Below are positions 9,099 through 18,323 of a DNA stretch of 64,000 nucleotides, one piece after another (positions within the stretch are counted from its first letter, which is position 1; each line of letters starts with the position of its first letter). Where the stretch lies: NCBI GenBank assembly GCA_014075275.1, contig CP046179.1, forward strand, positions 503,932-567,931, in the 5' to 3' direction. The notes under the pieces are model-generated. The model ran no database searches. It worked only from the letters and a program-made list of their open reading frames with translations, and was not told the DNA's origin. The DNA is from Boseongicola sp. (GTDB lineage: Bacteria > Pseudomonadota > Alphaproteobacteria > Rhodobacterales > Rhodobacteraceae). The translations under genes were made by a program, and so were the position numbers.

Positions 9099-9314
9099 TT
9101 AGCGCATCCAATGGGATGGGGCGTCCCATGTTGAGCGGTTCGCCTCGATCTTCGCGTCTTTTTGGGTGACGCCAATGTCGTTCAGCAGATGCAGATCGAG
9201 TTTACCCAGAGCCTTGCGGGATTTTCTGAGTTCTATGGCCGTCATGACGCGAGCCCAGAGATCATTCTGTGGGCGTGCGGCACAAACGGCTCCGGAGTGT
9301 ACGAGAGTTGTCAT
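9099..9314 (-). CDS. DUF1127 domain small protein
   Basis: 71 aa. SRKALGKLDLHLLNDIGVT matches the DUF1127 core (L..LsD..L.DIGi.R). RBS aaaggaa. Confidence 0.7.
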   Translation of the reverse strand: MTTLVHSGAVCAARPQNDLWARVMTAIELRKSRKALGKLDLHLLNDIGVTQKDAKIEANRSTWDAPSHWMR

Positions 9315-9347
9315 CGGTATTTCCTTTCCGTTCGCTAATGTTTTGGT

Positions 9348-9361
9348 GCTGATATATCAGC
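9348..9361. promoter_or_regulatory. Perfect 14-bp palindrome in divergent DUF1127/LysR intergenic region (candidate LysR operator)
   Basis: GCTGATATATCAGC is its own reverse complement. It lies 77 nt upstream of the LysR start. Confidence 0.35.
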
Positions 9362-9437
9362 TTGCTTGATCTATCTGGACCAATCCGATAAATTAGTAAA
9401 ACGAATGTTATTGAAGTATCGTATCACGGAGATTGAT

Positions 9438-10310
9438 ATGCCAAGAAATCTTGATCTGACAGCTTTGCGTTCGTTTGTGGCCGTCGCTGATATGGGTGGC
9501 GTGACCAAGGCTGCTGGCATGTTGAATTTGACCCAATCGGCGGTTTCGATGCAGTTGAAGCGGTTGGAGGAATCACTAAACGCGGATCTATTGGATCGTT
9601 CGTCGCGCACCATCGGGTTGACGACTGCGGGAGAGAAGTTGCTGTCTTATGGGCGGCGTATGATTGCCATGAATGACGAAGTTTTCAGCCAGATGACCGA
9701 TCAGGCCTATGAGAGGATTTTGGTGTTGGGGGTGCCGCATGACATCGTTTACCCGTCGATCTCGCAGGTTTTGCAGGTGTTCAACGCTGACTATCCACGT
9801 ATGCGGGTGCAGTTGATCTCGTCATACACATCGCGGCTGAAAGAGATGTTTGCGGATGGCAAGTGCGATATGATCCTGACGACGGAAGATCATGTTGACG
9901 CTGGTGGTGAAACGCTGACCGAAAAGCCGTTGCTTTGGTATGGTGCCTCTGGCGGGCAGGCGTGGCAGCGGCGTCCGTTGCCGATTGCGTCCGAGCCCCA
10001 GTCCCAGTTTCGCCGATCCACGCAGGCGGCGCTGGATCGGGCCGGCATACCCTGGGAGATGGCGGTGGATTCAGAATCAACCCGCACCGTGGAGGCTTCG
10101 GTTGCAGCTGATTTGGCTTTTCAGTCACAGCTGGCAGGCAGTGTTGCACCAATTCTTGAGCAGGTTGTGCATGGTGGGGCCCTGCCAGAGCTGGGGTCGA
10201 AGAAGATCAACCTATATGTCGCCGAGATTGCCAAGGGTGCGGTGAAAGATCATTTGGCGGATTTGGTGCGTCGATCATACCGAGGGCCGCAGTTGGCGCT
10301 TACGGCGTAA
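9438..10310 (+). CDS. LysR family transcriptional regulator
   Basis: MPRNLDLTALRSFVAVADMGGVTKAAGMLNLTQSAVSMQLKRLE is a classic LysR HTH. RBS ggag precedes ATG 9438. Confidence 0.9.
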   Translation: MPRNLDLTALRSFVAVADMGGVTKAAGMLNLTQSAVSMQLKRLEESLNADLLDRSSRTIGLTTAGEKLLSYGRRMIAMNDEVFSQMTDQAYERILVLGVPHDIVYPSISQVLQVFNADYPRMRVQLISSYTSRLKEMFADGKCDMILTTEDHVDAGGETLTEKPLLWYGASGGQAWQRRPLPIASEPQSQFRRSTQAALDRAGIPWEMAVDSESTRTVEASVAADLAFQSQLAGSVAPILEQVVHGGALPELGSKKINLYVAEIAKGAVKDHLADLVRRSYRGPQLALTA

Positions 10311-11271
10311 CGATGATTTTGCCTGTAGATTTGCGGCTCTTGAGAAGGTCGAGTGCTTCACGGGTTTGGTTGAGGGTGAATACCTGACTGACCTGAGGCT
10401 GGATTTTGCCATCTGCGTGCCAGTCCAGGAGAGTTTGCAAACTGGAGTGGATAGCCTTGGAGTTGAATTTCCAATAGCCGCTTAGGTTGAATCCGATAAC
10501 GTCGATATTCTTGACCAGAAGATGATTGGGCTTCAGGCGAGGAAGATCGCCGCTGGCAAAGCCGATCAGCAGATGGCGACCTTCAGGTTTGAGGCAACGC
10601 TGGGCAGTTTCGCCATCTGCGCCGCCAACGCTGTCAAAGACGACGTCGGCCGGGGCAAGGGATTTAAGTGTCTGATACAGATCCGGGGTAGTTGTCGTGT
10701 CGATGGTGACATCCGCGCCAGCAGCTTGGGCGGAAGCCAATCGGTTGGCGCCACGCGCAACCGCCACGACACTGGCGCCCAGGGCTTTGCCGACCTCTAT
10801 TGCGGCCAGTCCGACGCCACCGGTTGCCCCCAATACGATCAATGTTTTGCCAAAGGAAAGGCCACCGCGGAGGGACAGAGCAAGATGAGCTGTGCTGTAG
10901 GCGATGGGCATTGCTGCCGCTGAATTATGGTCGATAGTATCGGGCAGGGCCACGGCGCGGACGGCATCGACATTGGTAAATTCTGCCAGTCCACCGTGGC
11001 CCGCGACGGCCACAACCCGCATGCCGGGTGCGAAGTCCGCGACGTCTGGAGCAATTGAGTCCACAACTCCGGAGAACTCCATTCCCGGAGTCAAAGGGAA
11101 CTCGGGCATGTCCTGATACGTGCCATTGATCAAAAGGTGGTCCGAAAAATTCAAGGCTGTCGCAGCCACTTTGATGCAAATCTGCCCTTCGCGTGGCGGC
11201 AATAGCGATGCAACCTTTACGCGAATCTCACAACCTTTACTGGCGGTGATGGCGCGTCTGATTTGCCTCAT
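10300..11271 (-). CDS. NADPH:quinone oxidoreductase / zinc-type alcohol dehydrogenase superfamily (MDR) protein
   Basis: 323 aa. GxGxxG-like LGATGGVGLAAIEVGKALGA and the overall Qor-like architecture. Confidence 0.85.
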   Translation of the reverse strand: MRQIRRAITASKGCEIRVKVASLLPPREGQICIKVAATALNFSDHLLINGTYQDMPEFPLTPGMEFSGVVDSIAPDVADFAPGMRVVAVAGHGGLAEFTNVDAVRAVALPDTIDHNSAAAMPIAYSTAHLALSLRGGLSFGKTLIVLGATGGVGLAAIEVGKALGASVVAVARGANRLASAQAAGADVTIDTTTTPDLYQTLKSLAPADVVFDSVGGADGETAQRCLKPEGRHLLIGFASGDLPRLKPNHLLVKNIDVIGFNLSGYWKFNSKAIHSSLQTLLDWHADGKIQPQVSQVFTLNQTREALDLLKSRKSTGKIIVTP

Positions 11272-11445
11272 AGTTGATTTTTCTCTGGCTTACTGCGACA
11301 CTGTTGGCGGCATTGAAACGAGGCTTAGCGCATCAAAGCCGCCAATCGAAAAGCGGAAGCGCGTGAGCCAAAAATTGCTTAATGCCATGTAATATAATAA
11401 TTATTACTGTCAATCCAGCGAAAAGACTGGTTAAAAGGAGGTGGA

Positions 11446-11544
11446 ATGATGTGGGAAATCCTTACCTGTCGAAAAAGACAGCTATCTAAGTTGTGCTGCA
11501 ATGGCGCATTTATAGCTATGGTTGCAAAAGGTGGTACTAAATGA
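11446..11544 (+). CDS. Candidate 32-codon leader ORF translationally coupled to the XRE regulator
   Basis: A strong SD aaaggaggtg lies 5 nt before ATGATG. It encodes MMWEILTCRKRQLSKLCCNGAFIAMVAKGGTK. Its TGA overlaps the ATG of the next gene (aaATGAag). Confidence 0.35.
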   Translation: MMWEILTCRKRQLSKLCCNGAFIAMVAKGGTK

Positions 11545-11912
11545 AGCATCCAGTTGATGTGCACGTTGGGAAGCGTATTCGACACCGTCGTTGGATGGTG
11601 GGAATGACGCAGCAACAATTAGCTGAGCACGTTGGAATAAAGTTTCAGCAGATTCAAAAATACGAAACTGGTATGAATCGCGTTTCTGCGTCCCGTCTTT
11701 GGGACATTTCGGAAACTCTGAACGCTCCTGTCAGTTTTTTCTTCGAAGGGTTGGATCACGACTCTGAAGATGCGGGTGCAGGCGACAGCCTGCCCGGTGA
11801 TATTTTGGCTGATAATGAAGCGCTTGAACTTGTTCGTTCCTATTACGCAATTCCCGAAACACAGAGACGTCGGCTTTTTGAGTTGGCTCGAGTTTTGAGC
11901 GACGTCGTCTGA
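11541..11912 (+). CDS. XRE (Cro/CI) family helix-turn-helix transcriptional regulator
   Basis: VGKRIRHRRWMVGMTQQQLAEHVGIKFQQIQKYETGMNRVSASRLWDISETL is an HTH_XRE domain. Confidence 0.85.
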   Translation: MKHPVDVHVGKRIRHRRWMVGMTQQQLAEHVGIKFQQIQKYETGMNRVSASRLWDISETLNAPVSFFFEGLDHDSEDAGAGDSLPGDILADNEALELVRSYYAIPETQRRRLFELARVLSDVV

Positions 11913-11943
11913 CCTGACTTGACCCTTTGATCGGGCCTGTCTA

Positions 11944-11984
11944 CCCAAACCCCCATGTCTCACGGCTTGGGGGTTTGGTTTGTC
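11944..11984 (+). terminator. Rho-independent terminator after XRE gene
   Basis: ccaaaccccca ... tgggggtttgg is an 11-bp stem followed by tttg. It abuts the TTG start of the next gene. Confidence 0.6.
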
Positions 11985-12777
11985 TTATAGAAATCTTGAG
12001 GATTATTCGGAGTTCTGGTCGGTTGCGACGGAACTGGCCGACGCTGCCCGAGTTGAGACACTGGCGCATTTTCGCGCGAATGGGCTGCATGCGGACAACA
12101 AGTCCGACGACTTTGACCCAGTCACGGTTGCAGATCGGGCCTCAGAGGCAGCGATGCGCAAGATATTGGCAGAGCGTCGACCCGATGACGGTATTCTTGG
12201 CGAAGAACAGGAGGCTACTAAAGGCACCAGCGGGCTGACATGGGTGCTGGACCCTATCGACGGGACGCGCGGGTATATTTCCGGAACTCCAACTTGGGGA
12301 GTGCTGATTGCGCTTTCGGATGAGGACGGGCCAATTTTGGGGGTTATCGATCAGCCCTATATCGGAGAGCGCTTTTTTGGTGGGCCCGACCGGTCTGATA
12401 TGACCGGGCCTTTGGGTGTCCGTAATCTGGGAGTTCGTAAGATTGGTGGTCTTGAAGGGGCAACTTTGTTTTCGACGTTTCCCGAAGTTGGGACGCCAGA
12501 TGAGCGGGAAGCGTTCCTGCGAGTGGATAGTAAGGTTCGGCTAACGCGTTACGGCACTGATTGTTATGCCTATGCGCTGCTGGCAGCCGGGCAAATTGAT
12601 CTGGTCATTGAGGCGGGGCTATATCCTTATGATATTCAGGCCCCGATCGCTGTGATTGAGGCGGCCGGTGGAGTTGTCACCAACTGGGAAGGCGCGCCGG
12701 TTCACAATGGCGGGCGCGCGTTGGCAGCGGCCACGCCCGAGTTACACGCGGCTGCGATGGAATTACTGAGGGGATAG
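11980..12777 (+). CDS. Inositol monophosphatase family protein (probable histidinol-phosphatase HisN type)
   Basis: Motifs FDPVTVADRASE and WVLDPIDGTRGYISG. About 265 aa. Only a TTG start (11980) is available upstream of the conserved N-terminus. Confidence 0.75.
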   Translation: MSYRNLEDYSEFWSVATELADAARVETLAHFRANGLHADNKSDDFDPVTVADRASEAAMRKILAERRPDDGILGEEQEATKGTSGLTWVLDPIDGTRGYISGTPTWGVLIALSDEDGPILGVIDQPYIGERFFGGPDRSDMTGPLGVRNLGVRKIGGLEGATLFSTFPEVGTPDEREAFLRVDSKVRLTRYGTDCYAYALLAAGQIDLVIEAGLYPYDIQAPIAVIEAAGGVVTNWEGAPVHNGGRALAAATPELHAAAMELLRG

Positions 12778-12779
12778 TC

Positions 12780-14117
12780 ATGTCGAGCAAAGACATTCTG
12801 CTAAAAGGTGCTGACACCGTTCTGACGATGGATGGAGATGAGATCGGCTGCGGCGATGTTTTAATCCAGGGCGGCGTAATTGCCGAAGTTGGAACTGCAA
12901 TTGAAGTAGATGGCGCTGAGGTTCTGGATGTTTCCGGCTGTGTCGTGACGCCTGGATTAGTGAATACCCATCACCATCTTTATCAGACGCTGACGCGCGC
13001 GGTGCCCGCAGGACAGGACGCATTGCTGTTTGGGTGGTTGAAGACGCTTTATCCGATCTGGGCGCAATTTACGCCGGATGACATGCGCGTTTCGACGACT
13101 TTGGGATTAGCGGAACTGGCACTGTCTGGGTGCACCACGAGTTCGGATCATCTGTATCTGTTTCCGAACGGATCGCGGTTGGATGACACGATTGAAGCGG
13201 CGGTCGAGTTGGGCATTCGGTTTCATCCGACCCGTGGCGCGATGTCGATCGGGGAAAGCGACGGCGGTCTGCCGCCCGATGCCGTGGTTGAGCGCGAGCC
13301 GGCTATTCTTAAAGATTGTCTGTGTGTGATTGATGCGTTTCATGACCCGGCACCAGGATCAATGGTTCGGGTGGGTGTTGCGCCTTGTTCTCCGTTTTCC
13401 GTCACGCGTGAGTTGATGCGTGATGCGGCAATTCTGGCGCGCGACAAGGGTGTTAGAATGCACACGCATTTGGCCGAGAATGACGAGGATATCGCCTATT
13501 CGCTAGAACAGTTCGGGTGCCGTCCGGGGCAATACGCCGAAGATCTGGGGTGGACTGGTGATGATGTCTGGCACGCACATTGCGTGAAGTTAGACGCCGA
13601 AGAAATTGATTTGTTTGCAAGAACGCGAACAGGAGTTGCGCATTGCCCTTGTTCGAACTGTCGACTTGGGTCTGGAATTGCACCGGTCCGCGCGATGCGG
13701 GATGCGGGCGTGCCAGTTGGTTTGGGCGTTGATGGATCAGCTTCGAACGACATGGGTTCGCTTGTTGGCGAGGCACGCATGGCGATGCTGCTGCAAAGGG
13801 TAAGTCGGGGTGCCGATGTTATGTCGGCGCGTGAGGCTTTGGAGATCGCAACCGTGGGCGGCGCAAAGGTTTTGGGCCGCGACGACATCGGGCGACTGCG
13901 TGCGGGCATGCGGGCCGATATTGCGGTTTGGGATGTGTCGGGCGTGGAAAGTGCGGGCAGTTGGGATCGGGCGGCACTGCTGCTGGCGGGGCCAACAAAG
14001 GTGCGAGATCTGTTTGTCGAAGGGCGGCGCGTTGTGGACGATGGCCGGATTGCGACCGTCAACATGGACGCGGCCCTGGCAGATGGTCGCAGGTCATTGG
14101 CGCGGCTGATGGGCTAG
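12780..14117 (+). CDS. Amidohydrolase, 8-oxoguanine deaminase-like
   Basis: GLVNTHHHLYQTLTRAV metal-binding motif, HLAEN and VGLGVDGSASND are typical of the 8-oxoguanine/isoxanthopterin deaminase subgroup. Confidence 0.7.
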   Translation: MSSKDILLKGADTVLTMDGDEIGCGDVLIQGGVIAEVGTAIEVDGAEVLDVSGCVVTPGLVNTHHHLYQTLTRAVPAGQDALLFGWLKTLYPIWAQFTPDDMRVSTTLGLAELALSGCTTSSDHLYLFPNGSRLDDTIEAAVELGIRFHPTRGAMSIGESDGGLPPDAVVEREPAILKDCLCVIDAFHDPAPGSMVRVGVAPCSPFSVTRELMRDAAILARDKGVRMHTHLAENDEDIAYSLEQFGCRPGQYAEDLGWTGDDVWHAHCVKLDAEEIDLFARTRTGVAHCPCSNCRLGSGIAPVRAMRDAGVPVGLGVDGSASNDMGSLVGEARMAMLLQRVSRGADVMSAREALEIATVGGAKVLGRDDIGRLRAGMRADIAVWDVSGVESAGSWDRAALLLAGPTKVRDLFVEGRRVVDDGRIATVNMDAALADGRRSLARLMG

Positions 14118-14134
14118 GGGCGATGCGCCCCTAG
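14114..14134. terminator. Perfect palindromic hairpin shared by two convergent deaminase genes
   Basis: ctaggggcg-atg-cgcccctag is a 9-bp stem. The TAG stop codons of both genes are the outer arms of the stem. No T tract. Confidence 0.45.
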
Positions 14135-15420
14135 TGAATGGATTTGCCTAAGATGCGCACATCCTGAATGGCGCGGTCATCGCCGATCATGATGGTTGGG
14201 AAGACGGCTTCCCAGATGTCGTTGGCTCGGTTGGCGCGTTGTTCGATGACCGGTGTAGATTTCAAGTCGAGAACCATGAGGTCGGCATCGAACCCGGGCT
14301 GTAGCGAACCAATGCGGTTTTGCTGACCGAGTGCCTGGGCTGACCCGGTTGTTGCCAGCCAAAGAAGTTCAGCAGGGTGTGTTGGGCGGCCTTTCAGTTG
14401 GCCGATCTCATAAGCCGCGGCCATTGTGCGCAGCATAGAGAAGGATGAGCCGCCGCCGGTGTCCGTAGCAAGGCCTACCGTTTGATGCTCGCCTTTTAGG
14501 CCGCCCATGTCGAACAATCCCGAACCGATGAAGGTGTTTGACGTTGGGCAATGGACAACGGCGCTGCCGGTTTCCTTTAAGCGAGCGCGTTCGCGGTCGG
14601 TCAGGTGGATGGCGTGGCCGAAGATTCCACCTTCTCGCAAAAGTCCGGTGGCCTCATAGGTATCGAGATAGTCACGCGCCTCGGGGAACAGGTCGAGCAC
14701 CCATGCGATTTCGTCGGTTTGTTCAGAAAGATGCGTTTGCATAGGGCAATCGGGGTGTTCGCCCCAAAGTGCACCAAGTGCAGAAAGCTGATCGCGCGTT
14801 GATGTGGGCGAAAACCGCGGTGTGATGGCGTATGTCAGGCGATCCTGACCGTGCCATTTGTTCAGAAGGGCTTTGCTGTCGTCATAGGCCGACTGGACGG
14901 TGTCCTTAAGCCCATCTGGTGCGTTCCGGTCCATACAGGTTTTGCCAGCGACAGTGCAGAGGTTGCGGGCTTGAGCTTCAGCAAAAAAGGCATCGACGCT
15001 TTCAGGATGGATGGTGCAGAAACTGGCGACGGTTGTGGTGCCGTTCGATAACGAAAGATCGAAGAAGAGCTTTGCCGCCTCGGCGGCGTAGTCGGGATCA
15101 CCGAAGCGCATTTCTTCGGGGAAGGTATAGCTGTTCAGCCAGTCGATCAGCCGTTTGCCCCAGCTGGCGATGATTGCGGTCTGCGGATAATGGACGTGAG
15201 CATCCACAAAGCCTGGCAGGATCAGGCTTTCGCCGTAATCTGTAATCGCAGCGTCGGAATGCGCAGCTATTAAATCGTCGGAATTGCCGACAGCACCGAT
15301 CTTTCCGTCGTCGATCAGAACGGCACCGCGTGTGTTGTGGCGCGCTGCATCCAGACCTGTCTGAAACGGGTCACTGTTAAATTGCAATGTCTGCCCAATA
15401 AGCAGTTGTTTGTCGGCCAT
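14131..15420 (-). CDS. guaD: Guanine deaminase
   Basis: 429 aa. PGFVDAHVHYPQTAIIASWGKRLIDWLNSYTFPEE and HLSEQ are typical of guanine deaminase. Confidence 0.85.
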   Translation of the reverse strand: MADKQLLIGQTLQFNSDPFQTGLDAARHNTRGAVLIDDGKIGAVGNSDDLIAAHSDAAITDYGESLILPGFVDAHVHYPQTAIIASWGKRLIDWLNSYTFPEEMRFGDPDYAAEAAKLFFDLSLSNGTTTVASFCTIHPESVDAFFAEAQARNLCTVAGKTCMDRNAPDGLKDTVQSAYDDSKALLNKWHGQDRLTYAITPRFSPTSTRDQLSALGALWGEHPDCPMQTHLSEQTDEIAWVLDLFPEARDYLDTYEATGLLREGGIFGHAIHLTDRERARLKETGSAVVHCPTSNTFIGSGLFDMGGLKGEHQTVGLATDTGGGSSFSMLRTMAAAYEIGQLKGRPTHPAELLWLATTGSAQALGQQNRIGSLQPGFDADLMVLDLKSTPVIEQRANRANDIWEAVFPTIMIGDDRAIQDVRILGKSIH

Positions 15421-15517
15421 GGCGTGGTCCCTCCGGCGACCTAGTAAAATGCGCTGAGGCTCTGTTGTCCATGGCAGACTTCGCCTAGGGTGCCCGCAAT
15501 CTCAGGAGGGTGCCCCG

Positions 15518-16912
15518 ATGACGAGCGATCAGATCGAAGAAATCGACGCCTCAGAGGACGAGACCGAGGACGATTACGCGCTGCGAAATCGGGTGGTCAA
15601 CGCCGCCATTGAGGCGACGGAAGCGGGTGATCGAGTAGCTCTGGCCCAGGTTCTGGAGCCGCTTCACGCGGCCGATATCGCTGACCTTTTGGAGCAGGTC
15701 GACGGAGATGATCGAGTAGCGATGTTGCGGCTGGCCGGTGATCTTATCGATGGCGATATCCTGAGTGAGATCGACGACGACATTCGAGACGAGGTCGTTG
15801 AAGCACTTGAGCCAACGGTTTTGGCGGACGCGGTGCGCGAGTTGGAATCCGATGATGTTGTCGACATTTTGGAAGATTTGGACGAGCCGCAACACAAAGC
15901 GATTCTTGACGCGCTGGATGTTGTTGACCGGATCGCTGTCGAACAGGCGTTGTCTTACCCGGAGTTCTCGGCCGGTCGTCTTATGCAACGCGAAGCTGTT
16001 ATTGCGCCCGAACATTGGACTGTGGGTGACTCGATCGACCATCTACGCGCGCACGATGATTTGCCCGAGGAATTTTATCATGTGATTTTGGTCGATCCAC
16101 GACATCAGCCAACGGCGTTTGTGGCCTTGGGTCGATTGTTGGCATCACGGCGCGACGTGCCATTGAAAGATATTACCGAGGAAGAGTTTCGAACATTTGA
16201 TGTGATTGAGGATGAAGGCGACGTTGCCTATGCGTTCAACCAATATCACTTGATCACGGCACCAGTCATTGAAGAAGACGGTCGATTGGTTGGGGTCATC
16301 ACAATAGATGACGCCATGGCGGTGTTGGATGAAGAGCACGAGGAAGACGTTTTGCGTCTTGGCGGTGTGGGTGACGAAAGCCTGTCGAACTCGACAATGG
16401 AAATTGTGAAGCGCCGATTCCCGTGGCTTGGGGTGAATTTGGCGACCGCAATATTGGCGTCACTTGTCATTTCATATTTTGAAGACGTTATCGAAGCAGT
16501 GGTGGCTTTGGCCGTGCTAATGCCGATTGTCGCCTCGATGGGTGGAAATGCCGGCACGCAGTCAATGACAGTTTCGGTGCGGGCACTGGCCACGCGCGAC
16601 CTGACGGGATCGAATGCCTGGCGGGTGATCCGACGAGAAAGTCTGGCCGGGCTTTTGAATGGTGGGCTATTTGCCGTAATTATGGGGATCGTTGGGGTGT
16701 TGTGGTTTGGCTCTCCCTTGATTGGGGTCGTCATTGCGGTTGCGATGGTCGTTAATCTGTCAGTCGCCGGATTATCCGGCGTTCTAGTGCCGTTGGCGCT
16801 GGATAAGGCGGGCGTTGATCCTGCGTTGGCGGCTGGCACGTTCGTGACCACTGTGACGGATGTGGTTGGTTTCTTTGCGTTTTTGGGGCTGGCATCGATG
16901 GTATTGTTATGA
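15518..16912 (+). CDS. mgtE: Magnesium transporter MgtE
   Basis: Acidic N-domain, CBS pair and C-terminal TM domain with MGGNAGTQS and FVTTVTDVVGFFAFLG. Confidence 0.95.
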   Translation: MTSDQIEEIDASEDETEDDYALRNRVVNAAIEATEAGDRVALAQVLEPLHAADIADLLEQVDGDDRVAMLRLAGDLIDGDILSEIDDDIRDEVVEALEPTVLADAVRELESDDVVDILEDLDEPQHKAILDALDVVDRIAVEQALSYPEFSAGRLMQREAVIAPEHWTVGDSIDHLRAHDDLPEEFYHVILVDPRHQPTAFVALGRLLASRRDVPLKDITEEEFRTFDVIEDEGDVAYAFNQYHLITAPVIEEDGRLVGVITIDDAMAVLDEEHEEDVLRLGGVGDESLSNSTMEIVKRRFPWLGVNLATAILASLVISYFEDVIEAVVALAVLMPIVASMGGNAGTQSMTVSVRALATRDLTGSNAWRVIRRESLAGLLNGGLFAVIMGIVGVLWFGSPLIGVVIAVAMVVNLSVAGLSGVLVPLALDKAGVDPALAAGTFVTTVTDVVGFFAFLGLASMVLL

Positions 16913-17457
16913 CCGACAAGAAATTATTGCGCAAAGAGGCGGGAAAACGCCGCAAGGCTGCATTTGAGGAGGTCGATCCTATCCCAGCATTGGATGCTCT
17001 GCGGCTGGTATTGGCAAAGACAGACGGGCCGGTGTCATTTTATTGGCCGATCCGCACCGAGATGGACCCGCGGCCCGTCATGGAAGAACTGGCCGGGGAG
17101 CGGGTCGTCTGCCTGCCTGTGACCCGCGGATATGAGGCCTTGACGTTTCGTGCCTGGGTGCCGGGGACCGAGATGGAGGTGGATAGTTTCGGTGTTGAGA
17201 CGCCTAAGGCGACCGAGCTGGTGACGCCTGAAGTCTTGGTGGTTCCGCTGTTGGCATTTGATGGCCATGGGCATCGGTTGGGATATGGCGCGGGGCACTA
17301 TGACCGCACACTGGATCGACTGCGCCCAAACGGGCCGGTGACAGCGATTGGCCTGGCGTTTGAGGCACAAATGGCAGAAACCCTGCCGATTGAACCGACT
17401 GACCAACGTTTGGATCTGATCGTGACCGAAGACCGCGTGCGCAGGTTTATCGAATAG
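16909..17457 (+). CDS. 5-formyltetrahydrofolate cyclo-ligase
   Basis: 182 aa. VVPLLAFDGHGHRLGYGAGHYDRTL is the family signature. There is an ATGA overlap with mgtE. Confidence 0.85.
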   Translation: MTDKKLLRKEAGKRRKAAFEEVDPIPALDALRLVLAKTDGPVSFYWPIRTEMDPRPVMEELAGERVVCLPVTRGYEALTFRAWVPGTEMEVDSFGVETPKATELVTPEVLVVPLLAFDGHGHRLGYGAGHYDRTLDRLRPNGPVTAIGLAFEAQMAETLPIEPTDQRLDLIVTEDRVRRFIE

Positions 17458-17507
17458 CCCCGTTCACAAGGCTTGCGCGTTCTTCGTAGCCGCATTAGGG
17501 CGGTTTC

Positions 17508-18323
17508 ATGCGTATTCTTTATCTAGGTGACGTGGTCGGGCTATCCGGCCGGAATGCCATCCGCGACCGATTGGCCGGATTGCGTGCCAAGTTGCGCGCC
17601 GATTTTGTTGTGCTGAATGGCGAAAACGCGACTTCGGGGGCGGGGCTTTCGGGCGATCACGCCAAAGGGTTGCTGGAGGCGGGCGCGGATGTGTTGGTTT
17701 TGGGCGATCACGCCTTTGATCAGCGTGACATGCAGACTTTTATCGGGCAGGAGCCGCGCATTCTCAGGCCATTGAATTATGCTAAATCTGCGCCAGGTGT
17801 TGGTGCGCGGGTTTATGATGTGCCTGGCGGCCGTAAGATATTGGTCGCGCAGGTCTTGGGTCAGGTCTTTATGAAGCGCCCGTTCGATGACCCGTTTTCG
17901 GCGGTGGATACTGTGCTGAAGAAGCACCCCATGGGCGGAATGGTGCAGGCCAGTCTGGTCGACATTCATTGCGAGGCCACCAGCGAAAAGATGGGCATGG
18001 GGCATTATTGTGATGGTCGTGCTAGCATTGTGGTTGGTTCGCATACCCATGTGCCGACTGCGGATGCGATGATCCTGCCCGGCGGCACGGCGTTCCAATC
18101 CGATGCGGGAATGTGTGGCGACTACAACTCGGTCATTGGGATGGACAAGGAAGAGCCGTTGCGGCGGTTTATCACTGGCATGGGCAAGGGGCGGTTTCAG
18201 CCTGCGAGCGGCGAGGGCACGTTAAGCGGTCTCTTCGTTGTGACGGATGATCGGACCGGCAAAGCCAAGGACGTGCAAATGATCCGGGATGGCGGAATGT
18301 TGTCGCAGTCTGTTCCGGAATGA
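17508..18323 (+). CDS. YmdB-like metallophosphoesterase (TIGR00282 family)
   Basis: MRILYLGDVVG...FVVLNGENATSGAGL...LGDHAFD is the characteristic motif series. Confidence 0.85.
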   Translation: MRILYLGDVVGLSGRNAIRDRLAGLRAKLRADFVVLNGENATSGAGLSGDHAKGLLEAGADVLVLGDHAFDQRDMQTFIGQEPRILRPLNYAKSAPGVGARVYDVPGGRKILVAQVLGQVFMKRPFDDPFSAVDTVLKKHPMGGMVQASLVDIHCEATSEKMGMGHYCDGRASIVVGSHTHVPTADAMILPGGTAFQSDAGMCGDYNSVIGMDKEEPLRRFITGMGKGRFQPASGEGTLSGLFVVTDDRTGKAKDVQMIRDGGMLSQSVPE

